A stretch of DNA of 38,976 bases from an uncultured virus (IMG/VR IMGVR_UViG_3300037743_000290): the IMG/VR virus record IMGVR_UViG_3300037743_000290, positions 1-38,976 of that record. One strand, written 5' to 3'. This document shows positions 25,382 through 32,949 of this stretch, in pieces. The position numbers and the translations under genes were made by a program. Numbering within the stretch: the stretch's first letter is position 1; every line of letters starts with the position of its first letter. The notes under the pieces were generated by a model, which was not told the origin of the DNA, did not search any database, and saw only the letters and a list, made by a program, of their open reading frames with translations.

Positions 25382-26145
25382 GCCGCCTCCCGAGCCGGAC
25401 AGAGGTCCAGTGATGGCTGCCGTAGCACACGATCACGCCACATCAGGGCGTAATCGAGACAATTGGCGCACGTCTTGTGTGAGTGGCCGGCTATCGGAGG
25501 ACTTCTTCGCGCAGTATAGCTCCACGCCATGGAATCGGCGCTGGCCATCAGGCAGCCAACGCGAGCAAGGCCCGTGACCTTGAAACCAAAGCCGTGGAGG
25601 CGAAGTCCTAGAGCGGCCAGGGAGGCGACAATACGAGCACCCTCGAACGTGTTCTGTCGCCGACACACTGTGCCCACCCCGACTATCGGCTCATCTCTCA
25701 AATCGAACCCAGCGCGGTCATAGGCTTCGACGTGCTTGTGGTACTCGTTTTCGGTCCACCCCTGAAGGACCGGAATGACACGAGCCTCTGCACCGACAAG
25801 CTCGCGTAGTTCCTGTACCGAGTCGGTCGTGAGCGCCTGGTGGTCGCGCACGCTGCGGTTTGTCTGCTCGCGAATAGATGGCTCACACATCCAGTCCTGT
25901 GGCGCCACCCACGCGAGGTGACCGATCTCTTTGGCGTACCGTCGCACAGCCCGCGCGTAGTCCATCGATGGTGTCTTCCACCGGCCGTACATGGACAATT
26001 CGGTGAATCCGCCGGAGTCCAAAGCCCACGGCGCCACCGCCCGTGGCAATGTCGCTCTGGACACCAGGCGGCGGTGCGACACAAAAAGAGGGACCCGCGC
26101 AAAGCCCAGCCAGTGCGGCATATGGGTACCGAGGTAGAAGATCAC
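25378..26145 (-). CDS. dpdA: DpdA-like deazaguanine transglycosylase (TGT fold)
   Basis: GTG 26145 overlaps the yhhQ stop. TGT-family motifs LDSGGF, QDWMCE, IPVLQG, VGVG, LHGFG and ADSMAW, plus a Cys/His cluster HKTCANC. Confidence 0.75.
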   Translation of the reverse strand: MIFYLGTHMPHWLGFARVPLFVSHRRLVSRATLPRAVAPWALDSGGFTELSMYGRWKTPSMDYARAVRRYAKEIGHLAWVAPQDWMCEPSIREQTNRSVRDHQALTTDSVQELRELVGAEARVIPVLQGWTENEYHKHVEAYDRAGFDLRDEPIVGVGTVCRRQNTFEGARIVASLAALGLRLHGFGFKVTGLARVGCLMASADSMAWSYTARRSPPIAGHSHKTCANCLDYALMWRDRVLRQPSLDLCPAREAA

Positions 26146-26600
26146 CGCCACCTCAACCAGACGATTGCAGGGAGCAATTTGATTGCGCTCATGGACATCA
26201 CCGCCAGCGGGGACACCGAGCCAAACGCGACGCCCAGAAAAACCGCGGTGTCCAACGGTACGGCCACAATGCTCGACAGGAGCACGCGCCGTTGGAAGCT
26301 GGCCCGCGACCACGAGAACACGGCCCAGTCCACCGACTCGGCCACGGCAAAAGCTAGTCCCGAAGCCAGCGCGACAGCCGGCGAGGCGAGCCACCATGAC
26401 AGCACCACGCCCACGGCCATCACCGCCACCACACCGTGCCCGATGCGAACCTGAACGAAGTCGCGCAGGACAAAAACGGCTCCGGCCACGATAGCCATGG
26501 ATGGCAAAGCGCCACCATCAGGCAGTGGCAGCAGTGGCAGTTTGGAAAAGCCGACGTTGACACACACGATTGTGGCCAGGTAGGCAAGAGCCGCTGTCAT
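26142..26600 (-). CDS. yhhQ: VUT/YhhQ-family queuosine-precursor (preQ0/preQ1) transporter
   Basis: 152 aa multi-TM protein with 'Y...IV.VN', 'G..FVLRDFVQ', 'ALAS..AF.VAE.VDW.VF' and 'SS.V..PLDT.VFL'. Confidence 0.85.
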   Translation of the reverse strand: MTAALAYLATIVCVNVGFSKLPLLPLPDGGALPSMAIVAGAVFVLRDFVQVRIGHGVVAVMAVGVVLSWWLASPAVALASGLAFAVAESVDWAVFSWSRASFQRRVLLSSIVAVPLDTAVFLGVAFGSVSPLAVMSMSAIKLLPAIVWLRWR

Positions 26601-26695
26601 CGGCGCCACCTCCGCTCGAGACCGGTGCGGATAGCCCACGCGCACAGGCCCGCGAACACGACCAGGTCCAGCCCGGCCAGTGCGATGCGCCTCAT
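26597..26695 (-). CDS. Single-TM peptide (32 aa; not in the ORF track)
   Basis: MRRIALAGLDLVVFAGLCAWAIRTGLERRWRR; ATGA overlaps at both ends. Confidence 0.5.
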   Translation of the reverse strand: MRRIALAGLDLVVFAGLCAWAIRTGLERRWRR

Positions 26696-26847
26696 ACGTC
26701 CTCGCTTTCAGCGGCCGGTTCACCGGCAACGATGCCGCATGGATAGTAGTATTCCTCGCCGTCGTAGAGCTCGAAGTGGCAGCCGCGAGCATCAACAGGA
26801 ATCCCATCCTCGCACCCCATACAGTCGGATGGGTCTTCGCAGGTCAT
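26692..26847 (-). CDS. Acidic Cys-rich miniprotein (51 aa)
   Basis: ATGA coupling; CxxC...H...C. Confidence 0.55.
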   Translation of the reverse strand: MTCEDPSDCMGCEDGIPVDARGCHFELYDGEEYYYPCGIVAGEPAAESEDV

Positions 26848-27095
26848 GAATCGCCGCTTCCCGCCAGGAACGCGACCCAGGCATCGCACCTGGCCACGAT
26901 GGCTCGGTAGTCGGCGGCGAGCTCCACGTGCAGCGCCCGGGTCAGGTCATCGCTCGACCCGCTGGCCGCGCTCTCGTGGTACTCGGCCACGGCCAGAGCT
27001 CTGGCTCGCTCGATGTCAGCGGGCGTGTCGAACGCCAGGTCGGCGCTCGTCAAGCGCTGGGTGATTTCGTCGGGTGTTGGCTCGTAGGCAAGCAT
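26844..27095 (-). CDS. Hypothetical protein (83 aa)
   Basis: Fits the operon with a 3-bp gap and an ATGA overlap. Confidence 0.6.
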   Translation of the reverse strand: MLAYEPTPDEITQRLTSADLAFDTPADIERARALAVAEYHESAASGSSDDLTRALHVELAADYRAIVARCDAWVAFLAGSGDS

Positions 27096-27098
27096 CGG

Positions 27099-27425
27099 TC
27101 ACCCCCATCCGAATCGCTTGGACGTGATGTCGTGGAACGCGTCGTAGAGACCACTGGCGTATTCCTCCTCCAGATCATCGTCCCCCGTTGCCAACTGCTG
27201 TTGCTCTTTCAGCCGGGACCACTTGGCCGGCTCCATGATCGCAACCACAACCTCTTCCACCGTCATACCGTCGTTCGTCTTCAGATCGCATGACCCGCCC
27301 GAGTCGATGTCCGTGTCCCGGTACGGCTCCATCAAGACGCGCAGGAGAGCCGGATTGAGCCGGCCCAGGTTGTAGGCACCGATCACGGTCTCCTCGAAGA
27401 TCGTATATCCGCTGTTCCATCCCAT
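27099..27425 (-). CDS. Hypothetical protein (108 aa)
   Basis: 'MGWNSG..IFE' start; tight packing. Confidence 0.65.
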   Translation of the reverse strand: MGWNSGYTIFEETVIGAYNLGRLNPALLRVLMEPYRDTDIDSGGSCDLKTNDGMTVEEVVVAIMEPAKWSRLKEQQQLATGDDDLEEEYASGLYDAFHDITSKRFGWG

Positions 27426-27427
27426 GG

Positions 27428-27613
27428 TTATCGCCAGCCCCTTCGCTTGCGTCGTTTGTCTCGAACCCTGCGGGCCTGCTTCTGAGCCACGCGGTATAGG
27501 TTACGTGAGTACGGCCAGTCGGAGTCCCACTTATGGCGTGTGCGCAGATCGCGCGCGCGGCGCCGGCCCCGGAGCCAGTCGATGTCATGGAGTGGGCTTC
27601 TTGTCGCGCTCAT
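27428..27613 (-). CDS. Very basic hypothetical protein (61 aa)
   Basis: ATGA overlap; Arg-rich. Confidence 0.5.
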   Translation of the reverse strand: MSATRSPLHDIDWLRGRRRARDLRTRHKWDSDWPYSRNLYRVAQKQARRVRDKRRKRRGWR

Positions 27614-27975
27614 GCTGGCGCCTTTCCGCTGCCGTCGCAGCGCCCGCACGTTCGCGTCTTATGGCCCTCGGCAACACACCAGCCGGCCAACTCCTGGCCA
27701 TCACCACCGCACCGTGAGCACTGCCCGGTCTCACGCTCCCACAGCAGCATGCGTTCGCTGATCTCGGCCACGGCGATCGAGAGCTTGGCCTCGGTGGTCC
27801 TGTCGCGCTTATCCCAGTTGGGCGTTCCCTTGCGCGGCCCGCGCTTGAATACGACGTTGCAGGCCGCACCGGTCACCAGAGTTCCGTCGTGGATCGCGTC
27901 GAGTTGGAACCACTGCCAGCCCTCGGGCATGCCGCGCTCCTTGGCGATCAGGTTGTACCAGTCTGGTGCTTTCAT
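27610..27975 (-). CDS. Protein with DnaJ-like CxxCxGxG zinc repeats (121 aa)
   Basis: AGGAG RBS; CSRCGGDG...CGRCDGSG. Confidence 0.65.
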   Translation of the reverse strand: MKAPDWYNLIAKERGMPEGWQWFQLDAIHDGTLVTGAACNVVFKRGPRKGTPNWDKRDRTTEAKLSIAVAEISERMLLWERETGQCSRCGGDGQELAGWCVAEGHKTRTCGRCDGSGKAPA

Positions 27976-27983
27976 GATCTCTC

Positions 27984-28184
27984 CTAAAACGGTATCGGTT
28001 CACGCGCCCACCGGGCGTGCCGTCTGACTTTGTTCATCGCCCGGTCCTTGCGCTTGCGCCGGCCACCACGTCCGGGCTTGCAACGGACCGTGCCGAGCGC
28101 CTCGCTGTGGCACGTGCAGAAGCACGGTGCAAACTCGGCATGCCAGCCTCGGCGCACGCCCTGATAGCAATACAAACACATCAT
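27984..28184 (-). CDS. Cys-rich basic miniprotein (66 aa)
   Basis: ATGA coupling; CLYC...CFCTCH. Confidence 0.5.
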   Translation of the reverse strand: MMCLYCYQGVRRGWHAEFAPCFCTCHSEALGTVRCKPGRGGRRKRKDRAMNKVRRHARWAREPIPF

Positions 28185-28357
28185 GAGGAGCCTCTTTCCA
28201 TTTGCGGTGCCTGGCCGCTGCCATCGCAGCGAACTGTGACCATAACGCGCCCGCCCTTCGCCACCGAGAACGTCCGATGCGCCCACACGGTGCCGTTGCT
28301 GTAGAGCGAAACCAATTTGCCGCAGGACGCACACGTTCCGTAGTCGCGTTCCTTCAT
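28181..28357 (-). CDS. Zinc-binding miniprotein (58 aa; not in the ORF track)
   Basis: MKERDYGTCASCGKLVSLYSNGTVWAHR...RCDGSG; GAGGAG RBS and ATGA overlaps at both ends. Confidence 0.6.
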   Translation of the reverse strand: MKERDYGTCASCGKLVSLYSNGTVWAHRTFSVAKGGRVMVTVRCDGSGQAPQMERGSS

Positions 28358-28797
28358 GCGAACTCCTCAACGATCACCAGCACGCCGGGCTCGGGGCCAT
28401 CAGCCTTGCGCTGGTCGTAGTGGATACTCGCCTGGTCTCGCCGATCGCCGAGTATCAGGCCAGCCTTGACGCACGAATCGACCACCGGCTTTCCACCGGC
28501 GACCAGGTTGTCCGGGTCGAGCGCGCGCTGGCGGTGCCCCCACAGGCGCCACAGGGTCATGCGGCGCACGGTGGTCGCACGGGGGACGCCAAGGTCGTGA
28601 GCAAGCGCGGCCGCCCATAACTCCCAATTGTCGCGCAGCTCCTTATACGCGAAGCGGGACTGCCCGCTGTTGGCCAAGCAGCCGGCTCCGCCGCCGAGAT
28701 GCTGCGGATTGGGCCACGGCAGAGCAAAGGACAGCGCCCATCGGGCCGCAACCGGTCGCGACGGCGAGTCCTTGCACCATGGGCAGATGCCGCTCAC
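28354..28797 (-). CDS. rusA: RusA-like Holliday junction resolvase
   Basis: 'LDPDNL..G.KP.VD..V.AGLI.GD' RusA catalytic pattern; GTGA overlap. Confidence 0.75.
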   Translation of the reverse strand: MSGICPWCKDSPSRPVAARWALSFALPWPNPQHLGGGAGCLANSGQSRFAYKELRDNWELWAAALAHDLGVPRATTVRRMTLWRLWGHRQRALDPDNLVAGGKPVVDSCVKAGLILGDRRDQASIHYDQRKADGPEPGVLVIVEEFA

Positions 28798-29153
28798 TGC
28801 AGCCCCGGCAAGCGCTCCTGGCGAGCCTCCGCCAGATCGTGCGAGCTCATGGGCCTGGTGCGGACCTGCTCGCCGGTGTCCTCGCGGGTCGTGACCCACA
28901 GGCAGCGGCCGATATCTGCGTGCTCGATTACTTCGACGGCGCGGTCCTCTTTGCCGTCACGGTGGATCCTGGCCAAGGTCTTGACCTTGGCCTCCAGGAG
29001 ATCCTCTGACTCTTTCATCTCCTTTTTGGCCTCTTTGTTCAGGTTCTTCAAGTCCGTCAGCTTCTTGACGGACTTCGAGAGCTCGAGCGCCTTGGCTTCG
29101 CGCTCCTCGCGGGTGAGAATCACAGGCAACATTTCGGTGTTTGCGCGTTCCAT
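28794..29153 (-). CDS. Coiled-coil hypothetical protein (119 aa)
   Basis: 'LPV.LT.EE' start, coiled coil and 'R.DTGE.V..RPM' C-terminal region. Confidence 0.7.
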   Translation of the reverse strand: MERANTEMLPVILTREEREAKALELSKSVKKLTDLKNLNKEAKKEMKESEDLLEAKVKTLARIHRDGKEDRAVEVIEHADIGRCLWVTTREDTGEQVRTRPMSSHDLAEARQERLPGLQ

Positions 29154-29198
29154 TATCAGTTCTTTCTCGCGCTCATGGCGCGGAGTGCAAAGGTAGCG

Positions 29199-29444
29199 TC
29201 ATGCCGCCCGCTTGCGTTTGGCCCGTCGCTTCTTTGGCGGCGCGTCCTCCAGGACGAGCCGCTTGCCCAGCGCCTTGGCGATGTCAACGATCGCTTCCGC
29301 CCGGACGGGCTCCCCGTTTTCGAGGCGCCAGAGCGTGGCCCTGGACCACCCGGACCGCTCGCTTAGCTCGGCTGGGCTGAGCCCCTGCGCGTCCCGGGCG
29401 ACCATCAACTGGCGGGCGATGTCCTTTATGAGAGGGGTGCTCAC
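29199..29444 (-). CDS. XRE-family HTH regulator (Cro-like, 81 aa)
   Basis: 'ARDAQGLSPAELSERSGWSRATLWRLENG'; first gene of the leftward early operon; GTG start. Confidence 0.85.
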   Translation of the reverse strand: MSTPLIKDIARQLMVARDAQGLSPAELSERSGWSRATLWRLENGEPVRAEAIVDIAKALGKRLVLEDAPPKKRRAKRKRAA

Positions 29445-29450
29445 TCGCCC

Positions 29451-29556
29451 ACCATCGCAGGGTAGTGCGGAAGAAGTCAAGCGCGAAGATAAAAACGTTC
29501 GCTTAGCGAACACGGCGCCGTTTCTGCTTGAATCACGGTTGGCAACTGTGCAGAGT
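29451..29556. promoter_or_regulatory. Divergent early control region with a palindromic operator candidate
   Basis: Leftward TTGACT(29480-29475)-N18-GATGGT; rightward TTGAAT(29528)-N17-CAGAGT; perfect palindrome GTTCGC-TTA-GCGAAC at 29497-29511. Confidence 0.5.
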
Positions 29557-29567
29557 ACAAACCAGAC

Positions 29568-29780
29568 ATGCAGGAAGAACCGCAAGAAAGCGATCAGGGT
29601 CGGCCAGTGCGCCGCACGAGCCCGGTGAATCTGTACAGCGAAGGTGGTGTGGGCGTGGTCTCTCACGTATTCTCGCACCGCGAGTATATCGCCCTGGACG
29701 GTGCGTATTGGGGCTGGGCGGTCATGTACCGCTGCACGATTACCGGCGTCATGCGCCGCTACGGGTTCGAGCGATCATGA
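29568..29780 (+). CDS. Hypothetical protein (70 aa)
   Basis: First ORF of the rightward operon; stop overlaps the next ATG; start uncertain. Confidence 0.55.
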   Translation: MQEEPQESDQGRPVRRTSPVNLYSEGGVGVVSHVFSHREYIALDGAYWGWAVMYRCTITGVMRRYGFERS

Positions 29781-30049
29781 TTATCGCCGTGGCCATGCAA
29801 GAGCACTTCGACGAGGTGCTGTCCGCCCTGGCGCAAGGCTGGGGGCCATGGCGCGTCACCGAGTCTGGCGAGGCCATTCGCCATGCGAGCGGTTACCTGG
29901 TCCCGATCACGGTCGGCTGGGCTCAGGCTGAGTTCGAGCTGGCCACCAACCACGAGTTGACCGCGGCCGATGTTGGCCACGGTCTCGAAGCTCTCAAAAC
30001 CTGTCAGTACGCCCGGTGGCTTGAAATCGGGCCATGGAGCACGCCATGA
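29777..30049 (+). CDS. Hypothetical protein (90 aa)
   Basis: ATGA coupling at both ends. Confidence 0.55.
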   Translation: MIIAVAMQEHFDEVLSALAQGWGPWRVTESGEAIRHASGYLVPITVGWAQAEFELATNHELTAADVGHGLEALKTCQYARWLEIGPWSTP

Positions 30050-30297
30050 GTTCGTCCTTCGATGCCAGGATGCTGGCCCATATAATCAAGCATCCCGGCG
30101 TACAACATGTAGACCTGATGCCTTATTTCAATTACGCAGATCGTCTGATCAGCGCAACGCTTCAACGTTTGCGAAAGAGGGCGGCCATCGAATGTCGAGG
30201 GCTCGGGTGGTATCCGAATGATCGCAGCGCATGGCCAGCGTGGGCTCAGCAGGCAGCAGATAACGGCTGGCGACCCCCAGCGGGGTGGGAGCCATGA
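30046..30297 (+). CDS. Putative winged-helix protein (83 aa)
   Basis: 'LAHIIKHPG...L...ISATLQRLRKRAAIEC...W' wHTH pattern; ATGA coupling. Confidence 0.6.
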   Translation: MSSSFDARMLAHIIKHPGVQHVDLMPYFNYADRLISATLQRLRKRAAIECRGLGWYPNDRSAWPAWAQQAADNGWRPPAGWEP

Positions 30298-30965
30298 AAG
30301 AGCGCCCGATCATATTCAGCGGAGAGATGGTCCACGCCATCATCGACGGCCGGAAGTTTCAGACCCGGCGCCTGTGCCCAGTGCAGCCGTATCAGGGAGC
30401 CTGGGGGCAGTGGCACGTCTACTACCCGGGCAGAGATGGCGGACACGCCATCTACGAGACAGAAGAGGCCATGCGCGAGGAGTACGACCGGGTCATGCTC
30501 GCGCGGTGCCCCTACGGCAAGACCGGCGATCGGCTGTACGTGCGCGAGACGTATGCCTACTTTGAGGACGTGGCCAGTGAGCACCTGGTCTATCGCACAG
30601 ACGGCGAGCAGGATCGGGACAGGCTTCTCGATGGCCGCTGGCGCTCGCCCCGGTTCATGCCACGGCGCGCCAGCCGCCTTGATCTCGACGTGACAGGCAT
30701 CCGCTGCGAATGGCTGCAGGACATCAGCGAGGCGGACGCCCTGGCCGAGGGCCTGTCGTGGTGGAGCAAGGACGGCACGCTGCGCAAGTACGGCCTCGGC
30801 GAGCGCCATGTCAGCGGAGAGCTTGATTTCGTGACCCCGTGGGCCGAGATGGAACGGACGCCGCAAGCCGCGTTTGCCAAGCTGTGGGATAGCATCAACG
30901 GCAAGCGCGCGCCCTGGGCCTCGAACCCGATGGTTTACCCGATCGAGTTTGCGAGGGCGGCATGA
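30294..30965 (+). CDS. ASCH/PUA-like domain protein
   Basis: 'MKERPIIFSGEMV.AI.DGRK.QTRR', 'CPYG..GDRLYVRET', 'WRSPRFMPR.ASR', 'LQDISEADA.AEG' and 'W.SNP.V..IEF'. Confidence 0.8.
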   Translation: MKERPIIFSGEMVHAIIDGRKFQTRRLCPVQPYQGAWGQWHVYYPGRDGGHAIYETEEAMREEYDRVMLARCPYGKTGDRLYVRETYAYFEDVASEHLVYRTDGEQDRDRLLDGRWRSPRFMPRRASRLDLDVTGIRCEWLQDISEADALAEGLSWWSKDGTLRKYGLGERHVSGELDFVTPWAEMERTPQAAFAKLWDSINGKRAPWASNPMVYPIEFARAA

Positions 30966-32038
30966 GCGGGCTCACCGCAGAGCAGCGGGCCGAGCGCCGC
31001 CAGGGCATCACGGCGACGGACATGGCCGCAATCCTCGGTTGCCACCCCTACCGCACGACGATCGAGGTGTGGCTCGAGAAGATGGGTGAGGACGTGCCCA
31101 ACAGCGGAGACCCCGACGTGCGCGAGATGGGCCTCGAGCTCGAAGCGCCAATCAAGCGGATTTATGCGCGCCGCACGCGGGCGGCACTGGTCTCTCCTGG
31201 AACTCTGACGCACCGGGCGCATGCGCATCACAAGGCGACGCCGGACGGGCTTGTGTGGGACTACGGGCAAGTAGAGGGCGGCCTTTTGCTCACTGGCGAC
31301 GCGCGGTCCTACGACTTCGAGCGCGGCCTGGAGTGCAAGACGCACGGCATACGCGCCCGCGACGAATACGGCGAGCCTGGGACCGACGAGGTGCCCGAGC
31401 ACGAGCTCATCCAGTGCGCATGGGGCATGCACGTGACCGAGCTACAGCGCTGGGACCTGGCGCCCTTGATAGATAACCGCCTGACCATCTTCGAGATCCA
31501 GCGCGACATGGAGCTCGAGGGCATGCTGGTGGCGGCGGCGGACCGCTTCTGGCGCGACCACGTGCTGGCGCGCAAGGAGCCGGGCCCGGACGGGAGCGCG
31601 GCATACTCGAGCTGGCTCCGGCGTCGCTATCAGGGCCACGGGGCGATCGTGCAGGCCGACGAGGCGACGGCCGCGGCCATCGAGCGACTTCGCGGTGTGC
31701 GCAACCTCGAGCGCCAGGTCGCACAGCAGCGCGCCCAGCTCGAGCAAGAGATCCAGACGTACATGGGCGAGGCCACGATGATCGAGTGCTCAGGGGAGCG
31801 CATCACCTGGAAGCGCAACAAGGACGGGCAGGCCGTGGACTGGCAGGCTGTCGCTCGAGCCCTGGCGGGCAGCGTGGACGTGGTCCGGTCCGCGCTCACG
31901 CACGGCGCCACGCCAGAAGAAATCATCCCGGCGCTGATGGAAATCGACGCCCGGGCCATCGAACAACACCTCACAACCGCCGTGCCCGGCGCGCGCCAGT
32001 TCCGCGTGCCCAGGGCATGGCACAAGGAGGAAAAGTGA
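30962..32038 (+). CDS. YqaJ/lambda-type 5'-3' exonuclease
   Basis: 'RRQGITATD.AAILG..PY', 'G.ELE', 'ATPDG', 'LECKT' and 'IQCAW.M.VT'. Confidence 0.9.
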   Translation: MSGLTAEQRAERRQGITATDMAAILGCHPYRTTIEVWLEKMGEDVPNSGDPDVREMGLELEAPIKRIYARRTRAALVSPGTLTHRAHAHHKATPDGLVWDYGQVEGGLLLTGDARSYDFERGLECKTHGIRARDEYGEPGTDEVPEHELIQCAWGMHVTELQRWDLAPLIDNRLTIFEIQRDMELEGMLVAAADRFWRDHVLARKEPGPDGSAAYSSWLRRRYQGHGAIVQADEATAAAIERLRGVRNLERQVAQQRAQLEQEIQTYMGEATMIECSGERITWKRNKDGQAVDWQAVARALAGSVDVVRSALTHGATPEEIIPALMEIDARAIEQHLTTAVPGARQFRVPRAWHKEEK

Positions 32039-32949
32039 CCGAGGCTCTCACCGTATACAAAGCACTGAAAGACGACGAGACCAAGATCGCAGGATGGGTG
32101 CCGCGCGAATGGGCGCGCGATGCAAACGACCGGCAGCGCATCCTTGGCGAGGTGCTGCGCCACGCCAACATGCAGTGCTCGGAGCACTTCCAGGGCCCCA
32201 TCAGCGCGGCAACGGCGGACTCGATCTTCCTGGCCGTCGTGACCTTCTGCCAGGCCCGCGTGATCCCGAATAAGGCACTGGGGCTCGGCTACTTCATCCC
32301 CTACAAAGGGATCGTTCAGCCTGTGTTTGGGTACAAGGGCCTGTTGCAGGCCGTAAGAAGGGAGGCCGGTGTGCTCACGAGCGAGGCGCAGATCGTCCTG
32401 GAGGGCGATGGATGGAACCTCGATGTGCCGTGGTACGAACGCTGGCGCACGTTCGAGCCCGGCCCGCAGCACACGCCGCTTGCCCCGGCTGAAAAGTGGG
32501 TCGCTGGCTTCTCGCGCTTCCGCTGGGAGAGCGGCTTCGAGGACGTGTTCCTGATGCCTGGCCAGGAGTTGCGCGACCGTCGCACCAGGGCCCTGGGCGG
32601 CAAGATCAAGGGGCCGTGGTTCGATTGGCCCGTGTCCATGGCCCAGAAGACGCTGATCCGCAGGCACATCACGTCCGGCCGCGTCGAGATGGCCGGCGAT
32701 GGGTTCGTCGCCATCGCTGATGGCCTGTCCGAGGGTGGGCGGATGCGCGAGCTTGCCATGGCCCTGGCCGCTCGTGAGTCGGCCGCCCTGGACAGCGACC
32801 GCTGCGCGCTGGTGGACAAGGCCGTCGATGTTGACCCTGACCTCGAGTCGAAGCCTGCCCGCGGCTCGAAGGCCGTAGCGGACAAGCTGCGCCAGCGCCA
32901 GGCCGAAGACGCCGAGCTCGACACGTTCGCCGCGCGGGAGGAGCAATGA
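32035..32949 (+). CDS. recT: RecT-family single-strand annealing protein
   Basis: GTGA overlap; 'LGLGYFIPYKG.VQ..FGYKGLL' and 'GPW.DW..MAQKT.IRR'; paired with YqaJ. Confidence 0.9.
   Translation: MTEALTVYKALKDDETKIAGWVPREWARDANDRQRILGEVLRHANMQCSEHFQGPISAATADSIFLAVVTFCQARVIPNKALGLGYFIPYKGIVQPVFGYKGLLQAVRREAGVLTSEAQIVLEGDGWNLDVPWYERWRTFEPGPQHTPLAPAEKWVAGFSRFRWESGFEDVFLMPGQELRDRRTRALGGKIKGPWFDWPVSMAQKTLIRRHITSGRVEMAGDGFVAIADGLSEGGRMRELAMALAARESAALDSDRCALVDKAVDVDPDLESKPARGSKAVADKLRQRQAEDAELDTFAAREEQ

Noticed and set aside
29497-29511. Palindrome as a LexA/SOS box
   Set aside because: GTTC-N7-GAAC does not match the CTGT-N8-ACAG, GAAC-N4-GTTC or GTTC-N7-GTTC boxes; kept only as a phage operator candidate.
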